A stretch of 64,000 bases of DNA from Candidatus Iainarchaeum sp. Lineage in GTDB: Archaea > Iainarchaeota > Iainarchaeia > Iainarchaeales > JAZDDZ01. The position numbers were made by a program, and so were the translations under genes. Shown one piece after another: positions 27,398 through 37,579 of the stretch. How positions within the stretch are numbered: position 1 is the first letter of the stretch; every line of letters begins with the position of its first letter. Below the pieces are notes generated by a model that saw nothing but the letters and a program-made list of their open reading frames with translations, did no database searches and was not told the origin of the DNA. The stretch spans positions 1 through 64,000 of the forward strand of contig JAZDDZ010000008.1 in NCBI GenBank assembly GCA_043809245.1, given 5' to 3'.

Positions 27398-27502
27398 TTT
27401 AGGCACAAATAAGTGGGTTAGGCAAATTCCTTATAAAAACAATGCCTATTTATTAACCCTAAGCGAAAGATTGTTAAGGAAAAATTTTTGAGGTGGAATT
27501 GA

Positions 27503-29548
27503 ATGAATTTTAACGGTCAGAATTCTGCAGTGATTGTAGTTGTTTTGGTAGTGGTTTTCGCTGCATTTATGGTGAGCCTTGATTTTATTGGAAGAAACCC
27601 AGACAATGGAGGCACGCCGGGTGAAAATGGAACCGGAATAAATCTTTTCGGAACGCAGGAAACCCCTAAATTTTCATCGTGCAGCGCGATAACCGCTTCA
27701 TTCAAGGAATACCAGGAAAAAAGCCAGCGCGCCTACGGCGGCCTTGACTTTTTTTCGCTTGGAATGGGGCTGAAATCAATGACCACGCAAAACGCTATTG
27801 CGCCGATGGCTTCAGAAGGCGTTGCTGGTTCTTCTTCTCCGCGTTATTCGGAGACAAACATTCAGGTTGCAGGGGTTGATGAAGCAGACATAGTTAAGAC
27901 AGACGGAAAATACATTTACGCAATTTCCGGCAGCAAACTATTCATTGTTGAAGCCTATCCCGCGGAAAACGCTGAAATTGTTTCAACAATCAGCCTGAGC
28001 ACAAATTCTTATGCAGTGAATGAAATGTTCATCAACGATAATTCGCTCCTTGTGATTGGGCAGGGACGCGGAACCTATGCAATGCCGATGGAGAAAGGCA
28101 TTGCTGTGCCGGGAATAATTGCACAGGAATATTACCCTTACCCTTATTCCTTTGACACAACGCTTGTGCAGTTGTATGACATCAGCGACAGGGAAAACCC
28201 AAAGCTTGAAAGGGAAGTGGAATTCGAGGGACGCTATGTTTCTTCAAGGAAAATCGGCTCTGATGCTTATTTTGTAATGAGCTCTTACCCCCAATACAGG
28301 GTTTTGGAGGAAAATGTTTCGGAAAACGAAATCATTCCCAAGTACAGGGAAAACGCAGATGAAAACTTTGTTCCTGTCGGTGGCTGCGGAGACATTGGCT
28401 ATCTTGAGCCCATTGCAGCCGAAAGCTTTGTGACAGTCGCATCAATTTCAATGAGTGATTACAGCAAGGAGATAACAAAGGAAACCGCTGTTGGCTCTGC
28501 GCAGAATGTTTTTGCCTCAAGCGAAAACCTTTATTTGGCGCAGTCAAGCTGGAATTACGAGGAGCCCATACCTCTTCCCTTGATTGGAAGCATTGTGCCG
28601 CAAAGTTCTGGCGAAAGCACAAAAGTTCACAAGTTTTCATTGGAAAATGGAAACATAAAATACCTCGGCTCAATGGATGCGCCGGGGCACATATTAAACC
28701 AGTTTTCAATGGATGAATTCGAAGGCTACTTCCGCATTGCGACTACAAGGGGCAATGTTTCAAGGCAAGGCGGAGGCACCTCAAACAACATTTACTTGTT
28801 TGACAAGAACCTGAAACGCGTTGGAGTGCTGGAAGACTTGGCGCCGGGGGAAAAGATTTACTCCGCGCGCTTCATGGGAAACAAGGCGTATCTTGTTACC
28901 TTCAAAAAAGTTGACCCTCTTTTCGTGATTGACTTAAGCGAACCCTCAAACCCTAAAGTGCTTGGAAAGCTGAAAATTCCGGGCTACTCCGACTACTTGC
29001 ACCCAATTGACGAAACGCATATCCTTGGCCTTGGAAAGGACACGATTGAGGCAGAGGAAGGCGACTTTGCATGGTATCAGGGAATAAAGCTGGCTGTGTT
29101 TGACGTATCTGATGTGGAGCACCCAAAGGAAATGTTCAAGGAAGTCATCGGCGTGAGGGGAACAGACTCTTATGCTTTGAGGGACCACAAGGCCTTCCTT
29201 TTCGACAAGGAAAAAGAATTATTGGTGTTGCCAATCCTGCTTGCAGAGGATACAGGCTCAAGCGAATCGCCAAGGTACAGCGGAATGCCAAGCTACGGCG
29301 ACTACACTTTCCAGGGCGCATACGTGTACCATCTCTCGCTTGAAGACGGATTTGAGTTGCAGGGAAGGATTTCACACATTGACGACGAGCAGGTGTACAA
29401 AAAGTCGGGCTATTACTTCGGCGGAGACGAATATTCAGTTAAGCGCTCGCTTTTCATCGGCGAAACATTGTACACTTTTTCCGATGCAATGCTGAAGGCA
29501 AACGATTTAAGCGATTTGAGCGAAATTAAAGAGGTCCTGCTGAAATAG
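27503..29548 (+). CDS. Membrane-anchored beta-propeller domain protein (COG4880-like)
   Basis: TNIQVAGVDEADIVKTDG, LNQFSMDE, TFKKVDPLFVIDL, LKIPGYSDYLHP. Confidence 0.9.
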   Translation: MNFNGQNSAVIVVVLVVVFAAFMVSLDFIGRNPDNGGTPGENGTGINLFGTQETPKFSSCSAITASFKEYQEKSQRAYGGLDFFSLGMGLKSMTTQNAIAPMASEGVAGSSSPRYSETNIQVAGVDEADIVKTDGKYIYAISGSKLFIVEAYPAENAEIVSTISLSTNSYAVNEMFINDNSLLVIGQGRGTYAMPMEKGIAVPGIIAQEYYPYPYSFDTTLVQLYDISDRENPKLEREVEFEGRYVSSRKIGSDAYFVMSSYPQYRVLEENVSENEIIPKYRENADENFVPVGGCGDIGYLEPIAAESFVTVASISMSDYSKEITKETAVGSAQNVFASSENLYLAQSSWNYEEPIPLPLIGSIVPQSSGESTKVHKFSLENGNIKYLGSMDAPGHILNQFSMDEFEGYFRIATTRGNVSRQGGGTSNNIYLFDKNLKRVGVLEDLAPGEKIYSARFMGNKAYLVTFKKVDPLFVIDLSEPSNPKVLGKLKIPGYSDYLHPIDETHILGLGKDTIEAEEGDFAWYQGIKLAVFDVSDVEHPKEMFKEVIGVRGTDSYALRDHKAFLFDKEKELLVLPILLAEDTGSSESPRYSGMPSYGDYTFQGAYVYHLSLEDGFELQGRISHIDDEQVYKKSGYYFGGDEYSVKRSLFIGETLYTFSDAMLKANDLSDLSEIKEVLLK

Positions 29549-29561
29549 CGCAGGCCTCTTC

Positions 29562-30269
29562 TCACCCCTTTTTTATTGCAGTAATAATGTGGGGCCAGAA
29601 AAAATTGATAAAGTTATCCAAGGTTTTTATTTCGCGAATTTTTTGCGCTCTAGCCTCTCGCAATTCTGTATCACGCATTGCTAAAGCCTCTTTTAGAAGA
29701 TCTTCTTTTACGGCCCTCAAATATGCTTGTTGGGATTCCGCGCTGCGAAGATGGCCTGTCGGACTGCGCCAGCTATTAATTTCAGATATTACTGCGCTTA
29801 TCTCCCCCCCTAATCCATGATTTAAACTATGCAATTCCATTTTATTTAGAGGTCTTGCTCGCACATCAAACCCTGCTTTGCGAAGTTTTTTTTCCAGAAC
29901 CTGTATCTCCGGTGTCGTTTGTAGCCACGAAAATTCTCCATTTGGTATAAGCACCCTTTTTATTTGATTAATTGCACTGTGGATTTTTTCAGATGACAAA
30001 TCATAGAGAAAAAATTCCGCACTAAATTTTCTGACGCTATTTTCTTTCATGCGAGGTAAACAATCAAGCACGTCAGCCGTTGCAAGTCTTAGGTTCTTTG
30101 CCCTCTGCGAGGGATTCATCCTTGCAGCATCCAAAGCAAGAAAATTTCCTTGCTTCATTAAAGCTTTATGCGTTAACCTTTTCGGGTCAGGGCCTGAACC
30201 CAATTCAATTTCATCCCAAACAATTTGCTGTTTTGGCGATTCTGGTTTAAATGGCTTTCTGAAATGCAT
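29562..30269 (-). CDS. Orphan class I SAM-methyltransferase-like protein
   Basis: IELGSG motif I, FLALD, IKRVLIPNG. Confidence 0.6.
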   Translation of the reverse strand: MHFRKPFKPESPKQQIVWDEIELGSGPDPKRLTHKALMKQGNFLALDAARMNPSQRAKNLRLATADVLDCLPRMKENSVRKFSAEFFLYDLSSEKIHSAINQIKRVLIPNGEFSWLQTTPEIQVLEKKLRKAGFDVRARPLNKMELHSLNHGLGGEISAVISEINSWRSPTGHLRSAESQQAYLRAVKEDLLKEALAMRDTELREARAQKIREIKTLDNFINFFWPHIITAIKKG

Positions 30270-30335
30270 ACATGAAGCAATCAAACCAAATTCTTTTATA
30301 TTCTTTCACCCCCATCTCTAATTGGAGGCGAGGTT

Positions 30336-32810
30336 TTGGCTAAAGGCATTGAGGCTTATCTGAAAAAAACATCGGTTAAAGTGGACAGGGAAATCGCAAA
30401 AATTTTCCCGAAAAAAATCTCAGGCAAGTGGCTTGAATTCTCACTTGGCAAAGCCATTTACGCTTATGACGCTGAAACCGTCAGCAACTCAATTGCTTCC
30501 CCGATATGGGATTTATTGCGCCGCGGCGGAAAACGGTGGAGGCCGGCGCTTATGCTTTTATGCAATGAAGCACTGGGCGGAAGCGAAAAAAACGCCTTGC
30601 ATTTCACTGTTTTGCCCGAACTGGTGCACAACGGCTGCTTGTCCGAAGACACCGTAATTTGGATGGCTGACGGAACGCCTCGAAAGATTACGGATGCAAA
30701 GGAGGGGGAATTTGTTCTTTCCGTGGGAAGCGATTTCCGGATAACTGAAAGGAAGATTGAGAAATTCCACGATAATGGAGAAAAGCCAACGCTTAGAATT
30801 AAAACTGACCACAGGGAAATCATTGCGACAGGGGAGCACCCTGTTCTTGTCGTTTCAAAGAAACAGCCAGTGCGATATAAAATCACGAAAAGCGGAAAGG
30901 CGCTAATCCAACAAAAATTATTTGAGGCAGATTTGACTATTTCGGAATTCTGTGACAAGATCTCCAAGGAAATCAAAACAGACATGCATCCGAAGGCACT
31001 TAAGAATAGTTTTTACGGGTATTCAAACTGTTTGATTCCGTTACGTATTGCAGATTATGTCAGTGCGATGTTTTCCTTGGATAAGAAGGACCTGTTTAAT
31101 GAGACGCAATGCCAGTTTGATAAAGCGGAAATAATTTTTTCTTGGAAAAAAGCAAGCGAATTGCGCCAAGGGGACTTTGCAGTCATTGCGAAACAATCAT
31201 TCTTCGGGAGTCCCAAGGTGCCAGAATTGGGTGCCTTTGAAAAAAACTGCAAAGACAGGTTCCGAATGCCAAAAGAGTTTTCGCCTGAGCTCGCCCAGCT
31301 CTGCGGCTTTTTAGTTGGAGATGGGTGCATCCAGCTGAACTATAATGGGGGAAAAGTTGATTTTTGCGTGCCGAAAAATGGCGCAGGAAGAAAAGAGTAT
31401 GAGTCACTGATAGAAAAAGTGTTTGGCGCAAAGCCTTATCTGGGCGAAGGCTCTGTAACTATGTGTTCAAAAGCGGTTGCAGAATTGTTTATTGGTTTGG
31501 GCTTGAAAGCGAAATGTACCGAAAAGAGCCTCCCAAATTGGGTTTATTCTTTGCCTCTAGAATATAAGAGGGCGTTCGTGAAAGGTTATATAGACGCTGA
31601 TGGCACTGTTACAAAAACAGGCATAACGCGGTTTGGCTGTGCAAATAGGTTGCTAATGGAGGAATTAAAGTTTTTGCTTGATGGCATGGGCTTTCTTACT
31701 ACAAATATCTGCGAAAAAAGGGTTAGCAACGAGCATTTTGGAGAAAGAGCAAAGAAAAAAGAGACAATTCTTTACTGCTTTGAAATGGGCCAACGAGAAA
31801 AAGTATTGCAAGAAATTGGTTCGGAAATCGCATTTTACAAAACAAGGCTGGGAATGCAGGCTCAAAGAATGGTGCAACTGAGATTCAGAGATGCAATCCC
31901 TTCCCTGCCTGAATCGTTCGACCGCGAACATCTCGGATTTGAAAAAATAAGAAAAATAGAAAACGCTGGAACAAGGAAAACCTTTGACTTGCAAATAGAA
32001 GGAACGCACAACTATGTTTCCAATGGAATTATAACGCACAATACGATAATGGCTGATGACATTGAGGACTGCAGCGAACTGCGGAGAGGCAAGCCGTGCA
32101 CGCACCTTGTTTTCGGGGAAGACATTGCAATCAATGCGTCCAACACGCTTTACTTTCTTCCGTTGATTTTGCTGTACCGCAACACGCAAAAGCTTGACGA
32201 AAAAACGCGCAGGATGATTTACGATGTTTACTCTGAGGAAATGCTGCGCGTTTCAATCGGGCAGGGAATGGACATTTACTGGCATCGCGGCAAGAAAAAA
32301 AATGTAACGGAAAAACAATACCTGCAAATGTGCTCTTATAAGACCGGGGTGCTTGCGCGTTTTGCGGCAAAACTTGGCGCGATTCTCGCGGGCGGAACGC
32401 AAAAACAGATTGAGGCACTGGGAAAATTCGGTGAAACAATCGGCGTCGCCTTCCAGATTCAGGACGATGTCTTGAACCTGAGCAGCAAAAAATTTGCGAA
32501 AGGAAAAGGCCTGGGAGAAGACATCAACGAGGGAAAACGCTCTCTTATCATAATCAAAACGCTTGAACGCGCCACTGCTGCGGAAAAAAAGGAATTGCTG
32601 AAAATCCTTGACTCCAAAAAGACGTCAAAAAAGCAAATCAACCGCGCGCTTTCAATCATCAAAAAATACGGTGCGCTGGATTACGCGCGGAAAAAAGCGC
32701 AAAAAATCGTTAAGGAAAGCTGGAAGCGCGCTGAAAAAGTGCTGCCGGAATCGCACGCGAAAAAACTGCTGAAAGAATTCGCTGACTTCCTTGTGGAGAG
32801 GGAGATTTAA
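30336..32810 (+). CDS. Polyprenyl (GGPP-type) diphosphate synthase containing an intein
   Basis: GGKRWRP, ELVHNG|TIMADDIED (first Asp-rich motif), KT, FQIQDD. Confidence 0.92.
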   Translation: MAKGIEAYLKKTSVKVDREIAKIFPKKISGKWLEFSLGKAIYAYDAETVSNSIASPIWDLLRRGGKRWRPALMLLCNEALGGSEKNALHFTVLPELVHNGCLSEDTVIWMADGTPRKITDAKEGEFVLSVGSDFRITERKIEKFHDNGEKPTLRIKTDHREIIATGEHPVLVVSKKQPVRYKITKSGKALIQQKLFEADLTISEFCDKISKEIKTDMHPKALKNSFYGYSNCLIPLRIADYVSAMFSLDKKDLFNETQCQFDKAEIIFSWKKASELRQGDFAVIAKQSFFGSPKVPELGAFEKNCKDRFRMPKEFSPELAQLCGFLVGDGCIQLNYNGGKVDFCVPKNGAGRKEYESLIEKVFGAKPYLGEGSVTMCSKAVAELFIGLGLKAKCTEKSLPNWVYSLPLEYKRAFVKGYIDADGTVTKTGITRFGCANRLLMEELKFLLDGMGFLTTNICEKRVSNEHFGERAKKKETILYCFEMGQREKVLQEIGSEIAFYKTRLGMQAQRMVQLRFRDAIPSLPESFDREHLGFEKIRKIENAGTRKTFDLQIEGTHNYVSNGIITHNTIMADDIEDCSELRRGKPCTHLVFGEDIAINASNTLYFLPLILLYRNTQKLDEKTRRMIYDVYSEEMLRVSIGQGMDIYWHRGKKKNVTEKQYLQMCSYKTGVLARFAAKLGAILAGGTQKQIEALGKFGETIGVAFQIQDDVLNLSSKKFAKGKGLGEDINEGKRSLIIIKTLERATAAEKKELLKILDSKKTSKKQINRALSIIKKYGALDYARKKAQKIVKESWKRAEKVLPESHAKKLLKEFADFLVEREI
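30636..32042 (+). mobile_element. Intein (469 aa) with LAGLIDADG endonuclease
   Basis: Starts CLSEDT; block B ATGEHP; GFLVGDG and GYIDADG; ends THN with +1 Thr. Confidence 0.93.
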
Positions 32811-32819
32811 AGCAAGGTT

Positions 32820-33251
32820 TCATTTCGGCCCATGTTTCATGTGCCCGCGCATCATTGCTGCAAAAAGCATTGTTTTTCTTTTATTTAGTTCAGCAATAGC
32901 ACCTAAACCTTTACCTGTTGGAATCCCCTCCAACGTCCTTCCCTCGTTTTGTAATTTTCTTGAAACAAAATTAAAAATCCTTTTTCCCGCACCCTTAGAT
33001 ATTGAACTCAAATAGTTAAGATGTGCAACTCGACTACCATCCCGCAGTCTGTAAATAAATATTGTAGAAACAATTTTTCCATCCCGCTTCAATGCTAAAA
33101 ATTCCCCGAGTTTATAACTATGTTCAAAACCTGCCTTTTCCACTTCCGGGTGCTTTAACATAACCAGTTTACACAATTCTTCCTTATCGACATCAGTGAA
33201 ACCACTATCCCTTGAGGAAACAATCTTGGTTATGTGCTTCTGGTCAAGCAT
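32820..33251 (-). CDS. Orphan GNAT-like protein
   Basis: AHLNYLSSISKGAGKRIF resembles acetyl-CoA-binding motif A. Confidence 0.5.
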   Translation of the reverse strand: MLDQKHITKIVSSRDSGFTDVDKEELCKLVMLKHPEVEKAGFEHSYKLGEFLALKRDGKIVSTIFIYRLRDGSRVAHLNYLSSISKGAGKRIFNFVSRKLQNEGRTLEGIPTGKGLGAIAELNKRKTMLFAAMMRGHMKHGPK

Positions 33252-33256
33252 AACAA

Positions 33257-34702
33257 TCACAACTTGTTTTCCCTGAACCAATTAATTTTCGGTTCCCTCG
33301 CGGCTTTAACCGCGTCCAAGCGCTTCACTGGCGTGGAGTGCGGCGCGCCTTTCACCAATTCGGGCTTCTCTTTTGCCTCTCCAAGGATTTTTTCCATTGC
33401 TTCGCAGAATTCATCAAGAGTTTCTTTCGATTCTGTTTCAGTCGGCTCAATCATTATCGCGCCGTGAACTATGAGCGGGAAATAAATTGTAGGGGGATGG
33501 AAGCCGTAATCGATGAGCCTCTTTGCAAGGTCATTAGTGGTCACGCCGTTAGGCATATTCTTATCGGATAAAACAAACTCGTGCTGGCATATGCGGTCAT
33601 AGGGAAGGTCAAACGACTTCTTCAGCCTTTCCTTCATGTAATTCGCGTTAAGCACTGCGTTTTCCGCGGCCTCTTTCAGGCCTTTTGCGCCCAAAGCGCG
33701 AATGAAGGTGTAAGCGCGGACAAGGACGCCAAAATTTCCGTAGAATGCCTTTATTTTTCCGATTGAATCAGGCAAGGCAAAGTTCATTTCGAATTTTTCG
33801 CCTTTTTTTTCAACTGTTGGCCTCGGAAGGAATTGCGCAAGCTGTTTTTTCACGGCAATCGCGCCTGCGCCAGGGCCTCCGCCGCCATGCGGAGTGCTGA
33901 AAGTCTTGTGCAGGTTCAAATGAACCGCATCAATGCCTAAATCCCCGAAACGCCATTTGCCCAGGGAAGCGTTCGCGTTCGCGCCGTCACAGTAAACAAG
34001 CGCGCCAGCGGAATGCACTATGCGGCAAATTTCAACAATCTGCTTTTCAAAAAGCCCCAAAGTATTGGGGTTTGTAAGCATAATGACTGCCACATCCTTG
34101 CTGAGTGCTTTCTTCAGTTCGCTTAGGTCAAGGCATCCATCGCCGTTGCTTTTAACAGTTACTGCCTCCAAACCGCAGAGCGTGGCAGAAGCGGGGTTTG
34201 TGCCATGCGAAGAGTCAGCCACCAGAACTTTGGAGCGCTTTTCGCCTTTTTTTTCAAAAAACTTTTTCGCAAGCATTAAGCCACAAAGCTCGCCGTGCGC
34301 TCCCGCGGCAGGCTGCAGTGTAACGGAATCCATTCCGGTTATTTCCGCGAGAAACTGCTGCAACTCAAAAATCAACTGCAAATTTCCCTGTGAAAGGTGG
34401 CGGGGCTGCAATGGATGTGATAAAGCAAAGCCCTGCAGTTTCGCTGCCTCTTCATTTGCCTTTGGATTGTATTTCATTGTGCAGGAACCAAGCGGATAAA
34501 AGCCGGAATCAACGCCGAAGTTTTTTTGGGAGAGGCACGTGAAATGCCTTACCACATCCACTTCGGACAGCTCAGGCAGTTCTAGTTTTTTTCGCAGAAA
34601 ATTTTTCGGCAGCAATTGTTCCAAAGGCTTTTCCTTTAACCTTGTTTCCGCAAATTCCACAGCGCTTCTTCCCTCAACGCTTTTCTCGAAAACTGTTTTC
34701 AT
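33257..34702 (-). CDS. gcvPB: Glycine decarboxylase subunit 2
   Basis: PLGSCTMKYN, HLNLHKTFSTPHGGGGPG. Confidence 0.96.
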   Translation of the reverse strand: MKTVFEKSVEGRSAVEFAETRLKEKPLEQLLPKNFLRKKLELPELSEVDVVRHFTCLSQKNFGVDSGFYPLGSCTMKYNPKANEEAAKLQGFALSHPLQPRHLSQGNLQLIFELQQFLAEITGMDSVTLQPAAGAHGELCGLMLAKKFFEKKGEKRSKVLVADSSHGTNPASATLCGLEAVTVKSNGDGCLDLSELKKALSKDVAVIMLTNPNTLGLFEKQIVEICRIVHSAGALVYCDGANANASLGKWRFGDLGIDAVHLNLHKTFSTPHGGGGPGAGAIAVKKQLAQFLPRPTVEKKGEKFEMNFALPDSIGKIKAFYGNFGVLVRAYTFIRALGAKGLKEAAENAVLNANYMKERLKKSFDLPYDRICQHEFVLSDKNMPNGVTTNDLAKRLIDYGFHPPTIYFPLIVHGAIMIEPTETESKETLDEFCEAMEKILGEAKEKPELVKGAPHSTPVKRLDAVKAAREPKINWFRENKL

Positions 34703-34706
34703 TTTC

Positions 34707-36053
34707 TCATAACCCCTTCACGATTGCAATCAATTCGTCAATCTGTTCGCGGGAATTCATCTCCGTTGCACAGAGCAAAAGGCAGTTCTCCATTCCCTTA
34801 AAATTTTCGCCCAACGGCACGCCGGCAATAAAGCCTTTTTCCTCCAGTTTTTTCTGGAACCTGTCAGCGCTTTCCTTTACCATTACAACAAATTCGTTGT
34901 AAAAAGGCGCTGAGAAAACCAGCTCGGCTTTGCGTGTTTTCCGCAGCTCTCCAGCAAGATAGTGGGCGAGCTGCAGGTTTATTTCCGCCAAGCGCTTAAA
35001 GCCGCTTTTTCCCAAAGCGCTGAGGTAAACTGTGTTTGCAAGCGCTACAAGCGCCTGGTTTGTGCAGATGTTGCTTGCTGCCTTTTCTCTCCGAATATGC
35101 TGTTCGCGTGCCTGAAGCGTGAGAATAAAGCCCCTTTTTCCTTCCAGGTCAACTGTTTCACCGCAAATCCTTCCCGGCAAGTGGCGCAGGAATTCTTCTT
35201 TCGTTGCCATCCAGCCAACTCCCGGGCCGCCAAAGTTAAGCGTGCTGCCAAGGCTCTGCCCTTCCGCGACTACAATGTCCGCGCCGAGAGTTCCCGGCGC
35301 TTCCAGCAAACCAAGTGAGGAAGGTTCCACAACCGAAACAATGAACAAGGCTTTTTTTGCGTGAACTATTTTTTCAATTGCGGCTAGGTCCTCAATGCAG
35401 CCGAAAAAATTAGGGCTCTGTGAAATGAAGCACGCCGTGTTTTCGGAGATTTCTTTTTTCAGTTTTTCAATGGAAACTGTTCCCTTTTTGTTGTCAAATT
35501 CTATCTCTTTAACCGCCAGGCTGTTTGCCCAGCAATAGGTTTCAAGCACTGCGCGGTATTCTGGGTGAATGTTTGCGGCAACCAAAACTTCTTTTTTTTC
35601 GGAAATGTTTTTCGCCATAATCACGGCTTCAGCCAGCGCGGTTGCACCGTCATACATGGATGCGTTTGCAGCATCCATTCCCGTAAGCGAACAAACAAGG
35701 CTCTGGAATTCGTATATTGCCTGAAGCATTCCCTGGCTTGCCTCTGCCTGGTAAGGCGTGTAAGAAGTGTAGAACTCGGAGCGGAAAACCAGGTGCGGAA
35801 CAATTGAGGGAATGAAGCGGTTGTATAGCCCCGCGCCAATAAAATATTTGTGTGTTCTTGCGTTCGCGTTTTTTGCGGCAATTGAGGAAAGTTCCTCCAG
35901 CAGTTCTTTTTCGCTTAATGCTGACGGAAGGTTTAATTGTTTTTTTAAAATTTTTTGCTTTGGAACATCGGCGAACAATTCATCAATTGATTTCACGCCA
36001 ATGCTTTTCAGCATTTCTTGGCGCTGTTTTTCCGTGTTGGAAATGAAGTTCAT
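34707..36053 (-). CDS. gcvPA: Glycine decarboxylase subunit 1
   Basis: YTPYQAEASQG, REQHIRREKAASNICTNQAL. Confidence 0.96.
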   Translation of the reverse strand: MNFISNTEKQRQEMLKSIGVKSIDELFADVPKQKILKKQLNLPSALSEKELLEELSSIAAKNANARTHKYFIGAGLYNRFIPSIVPHLVFRSEFYTSYTPYQAEASQGMLQAIYEFQSLVCSLTGMDAANASMYDGATALAEAVIMAKNISEKKEVLVAANIHPEYRAVLETYCWANSLAVKEIEFDNKKGTVSIEKLKKEISENTACFISQSPNFFGCIEDLAAIEKIVHAKKALFIVSVVEPSSLGLLEAPGTLGADIVVAEGQSLGSTLNFGGPGVGWMATKEEFLRHLPGRICGETVDLEGKRGFILTLQAREQHIRREKAASNICTNQALVALANTVYLSALGKSGFKRLAEINLQLAHYLAGELRKTRKAELVFSAPFYNEFVVMVKESADRFQKKLEEKGFIAGVPLGENFKGMENCLLLCATEMNSREQIDELIAIVKGL

Positions 36054-36070
36054 TTCATCACTTTTTTGCT

Positions 36071-36469
36071 TCAGTGCTTTAAGCCCGCAAGGTATTTTTC
36101 GTATTCCTCTGCGTTCATGAGTTTTTCCGCTTCAGCCGGGTTTGAGAGCCTGATTTTGGCAATCCATCCTTTTCCGTAAGGCTCTTTGTTTACGAGTTCA
36201 GGCGAACTTGGCAGGGTTTCGTTTACCTCTATGACTTCCCCGCTTAACGGCGCGAAGACGTCTGAAACGCTTTTCACTGATTCAACGACTGCAATGCTTT
36301 TCAGGCGCTCGGCTTTTGCGCCGATTTTTGGAAGCTCAACGAAAACAATGTCAGTAAGCTGCTGCTGCGCGAAATCGGTTATGCCGACTGTTGCAATGCC
36401 GCCATCAATCTTGGCCCATTCATGGTCTTTAGTGTACTTCAGGTTTCTTGGAACATTCAAAATGCTCAC
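36071..36469 (-). CDS. gcvH: Glycine cleavage system H protein
   Basis: HEW, GITDFAQ, VESVKSVSD (lipoyl Lys). Confidence 0.96.
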   Translation of the reverse strand: MSILNVPRNLKYTKDHEWAKIDGGIATVGITDFAQQQLTDIVFVELPKIGAKAERLKSIAVVESVKSVSDVFAPLSGEVIEVNETLPSSPELVNKEPYGKGWIAKIRLSNPAEAEKLMNAEEYEKYLAGLKH

Positions 36470-37575
36470 CTCCCCCTTTTATAAAACGGAATTGAAACCA
36501 CAATCGCATTGTAATTGTTTTCCCTCACCTCTACCTCGAATTCGCCGCCTTTTTCGGCGTAAGGGGCTTCGATATAAGCTAAACCGATGTTCTTTTTTAA
36601 TGTGGGGCTGTAAGAGCCTGAAGTCACAATGCCGATTTTTCTGTCGTCCTTAATGCATTTGTAACCGTGCCTTGCAATCGCCTTGTCAATCATTTCAAAG
36701 CCCACGAGCTTCCTGCTTAAGCCAGCCATTTTCTGCTCGGAAAGCGCTTTTTTTCCAATGAAATCCTTGTCAAAGGAAACAACCCATTCATAGGTCGCTT
36801 CAATCGGCGAGTGCTGCTCGTCAATGTCGTTGCCGTAAAGCATGTAGGCGCACTCAAGGCGCAAAGTATCCCTGCAGCCCAGAGCGCAGGGCTTCAATCC
36901 GAATTCTTTTCCCGCCTCAAAGAGCCGCTGCCAGATAAAAACCGTTTTATCGCGCGGAAAGTACAGCTCGAAGCCCTCCTCGCCGGTGTAACCCGAGCGG
37001 GAAACAATTGCAGGCACGCCGAATAATTCGGTTTCAAGGAAATAATAATAATGCAGTTTTTTCAGGTCTGTTCCATTTGCAATGCATTTCCCCAGAATTT
37101 TTTCGGCATTCGGCCCCTGCAAGTCGAGCTTGCCGAAAAAATCGCTTGCCTGAACCACTTCGGCGTCAAGGTTCTGCTTTCGCGCCTGCAAATCAATCCA
37201 GCGGAAATCCTTTTCCCTTGTGCCTGCATTCACTACAACCATAAATTTTTCCGCGCCGAACTTGTAGACAGTGCAATCGTCAATTATTCCGCCTTTTTCG
37301 TTGCACATCACTGAAAGGTGCATTGAGCCGTTTGCCGCGCCCTTTATTTTCCTCGTCATCACCTTTTCAAGCAATTGTTCCGCTTCAGAGCCGGTTACAA
37401 TTATTTCACCCATATGGCTTGTATCGAACAATCCAGCCGCGCTTCTAACAGTGTTGTGCTCGTCCATTAAAGTGGAATAATACACTGGCATCTCCCATCC
37501 GCCGAAAACAACCATTTTTGCCCCCAGCCTTTCGTGCTCGGCAAAAAGCGGAGTGCGCTTCATTTCCTCTTCCAT
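36466..37575 (-). CDS. gcvT: Aminomethyltransferase (T protein)
   Basis: FGGWEMP, FDTSHMG, SRSGYTGEEGFE, RDTLRLE. Confidence 0.96.
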   Translation of the reverse strand: MEEEMKRTPLFAEHERLGAKMVVFGGWEMPVYYSTLMDEHNTVRSAAGLFDTSHMGEIIVTGSEAEQLLEKVMTRKIKGAANGSMHLSVMCNEKGGIIDDCTVYKFGAEKFMVVVNAGTREKDFRWIDLQARKQNLDAEVVQASDFFGKLDLQGPNAEKILGKCIANGTDLKKLHYYYFLETELFGVPAIVSRSGYTGEEGFELYFPRDKTVFIWQRLFEAGKEFGLKPCALGCRDTLRLECAYMLYGNDIDEQHSPIEATYEWVVSFDKDFIGKKALSEQKMAGLSRKLVGFEMIDKAIARHGYKCIKDDRKIGIVTSGSYSPTLKKNIGLAYIEAPYAEKGGEFEVEVRENNYNAIVVSIPFYKRGR

Positions 37576-37579
37576 AAAA

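Noticed and set aside
29562-30312. TCACCCC on both sides of the orphan methyltransferase
   Set aside because: Only 7 bp, and it is the complement of the common GGGGTGA RBS-like motif.
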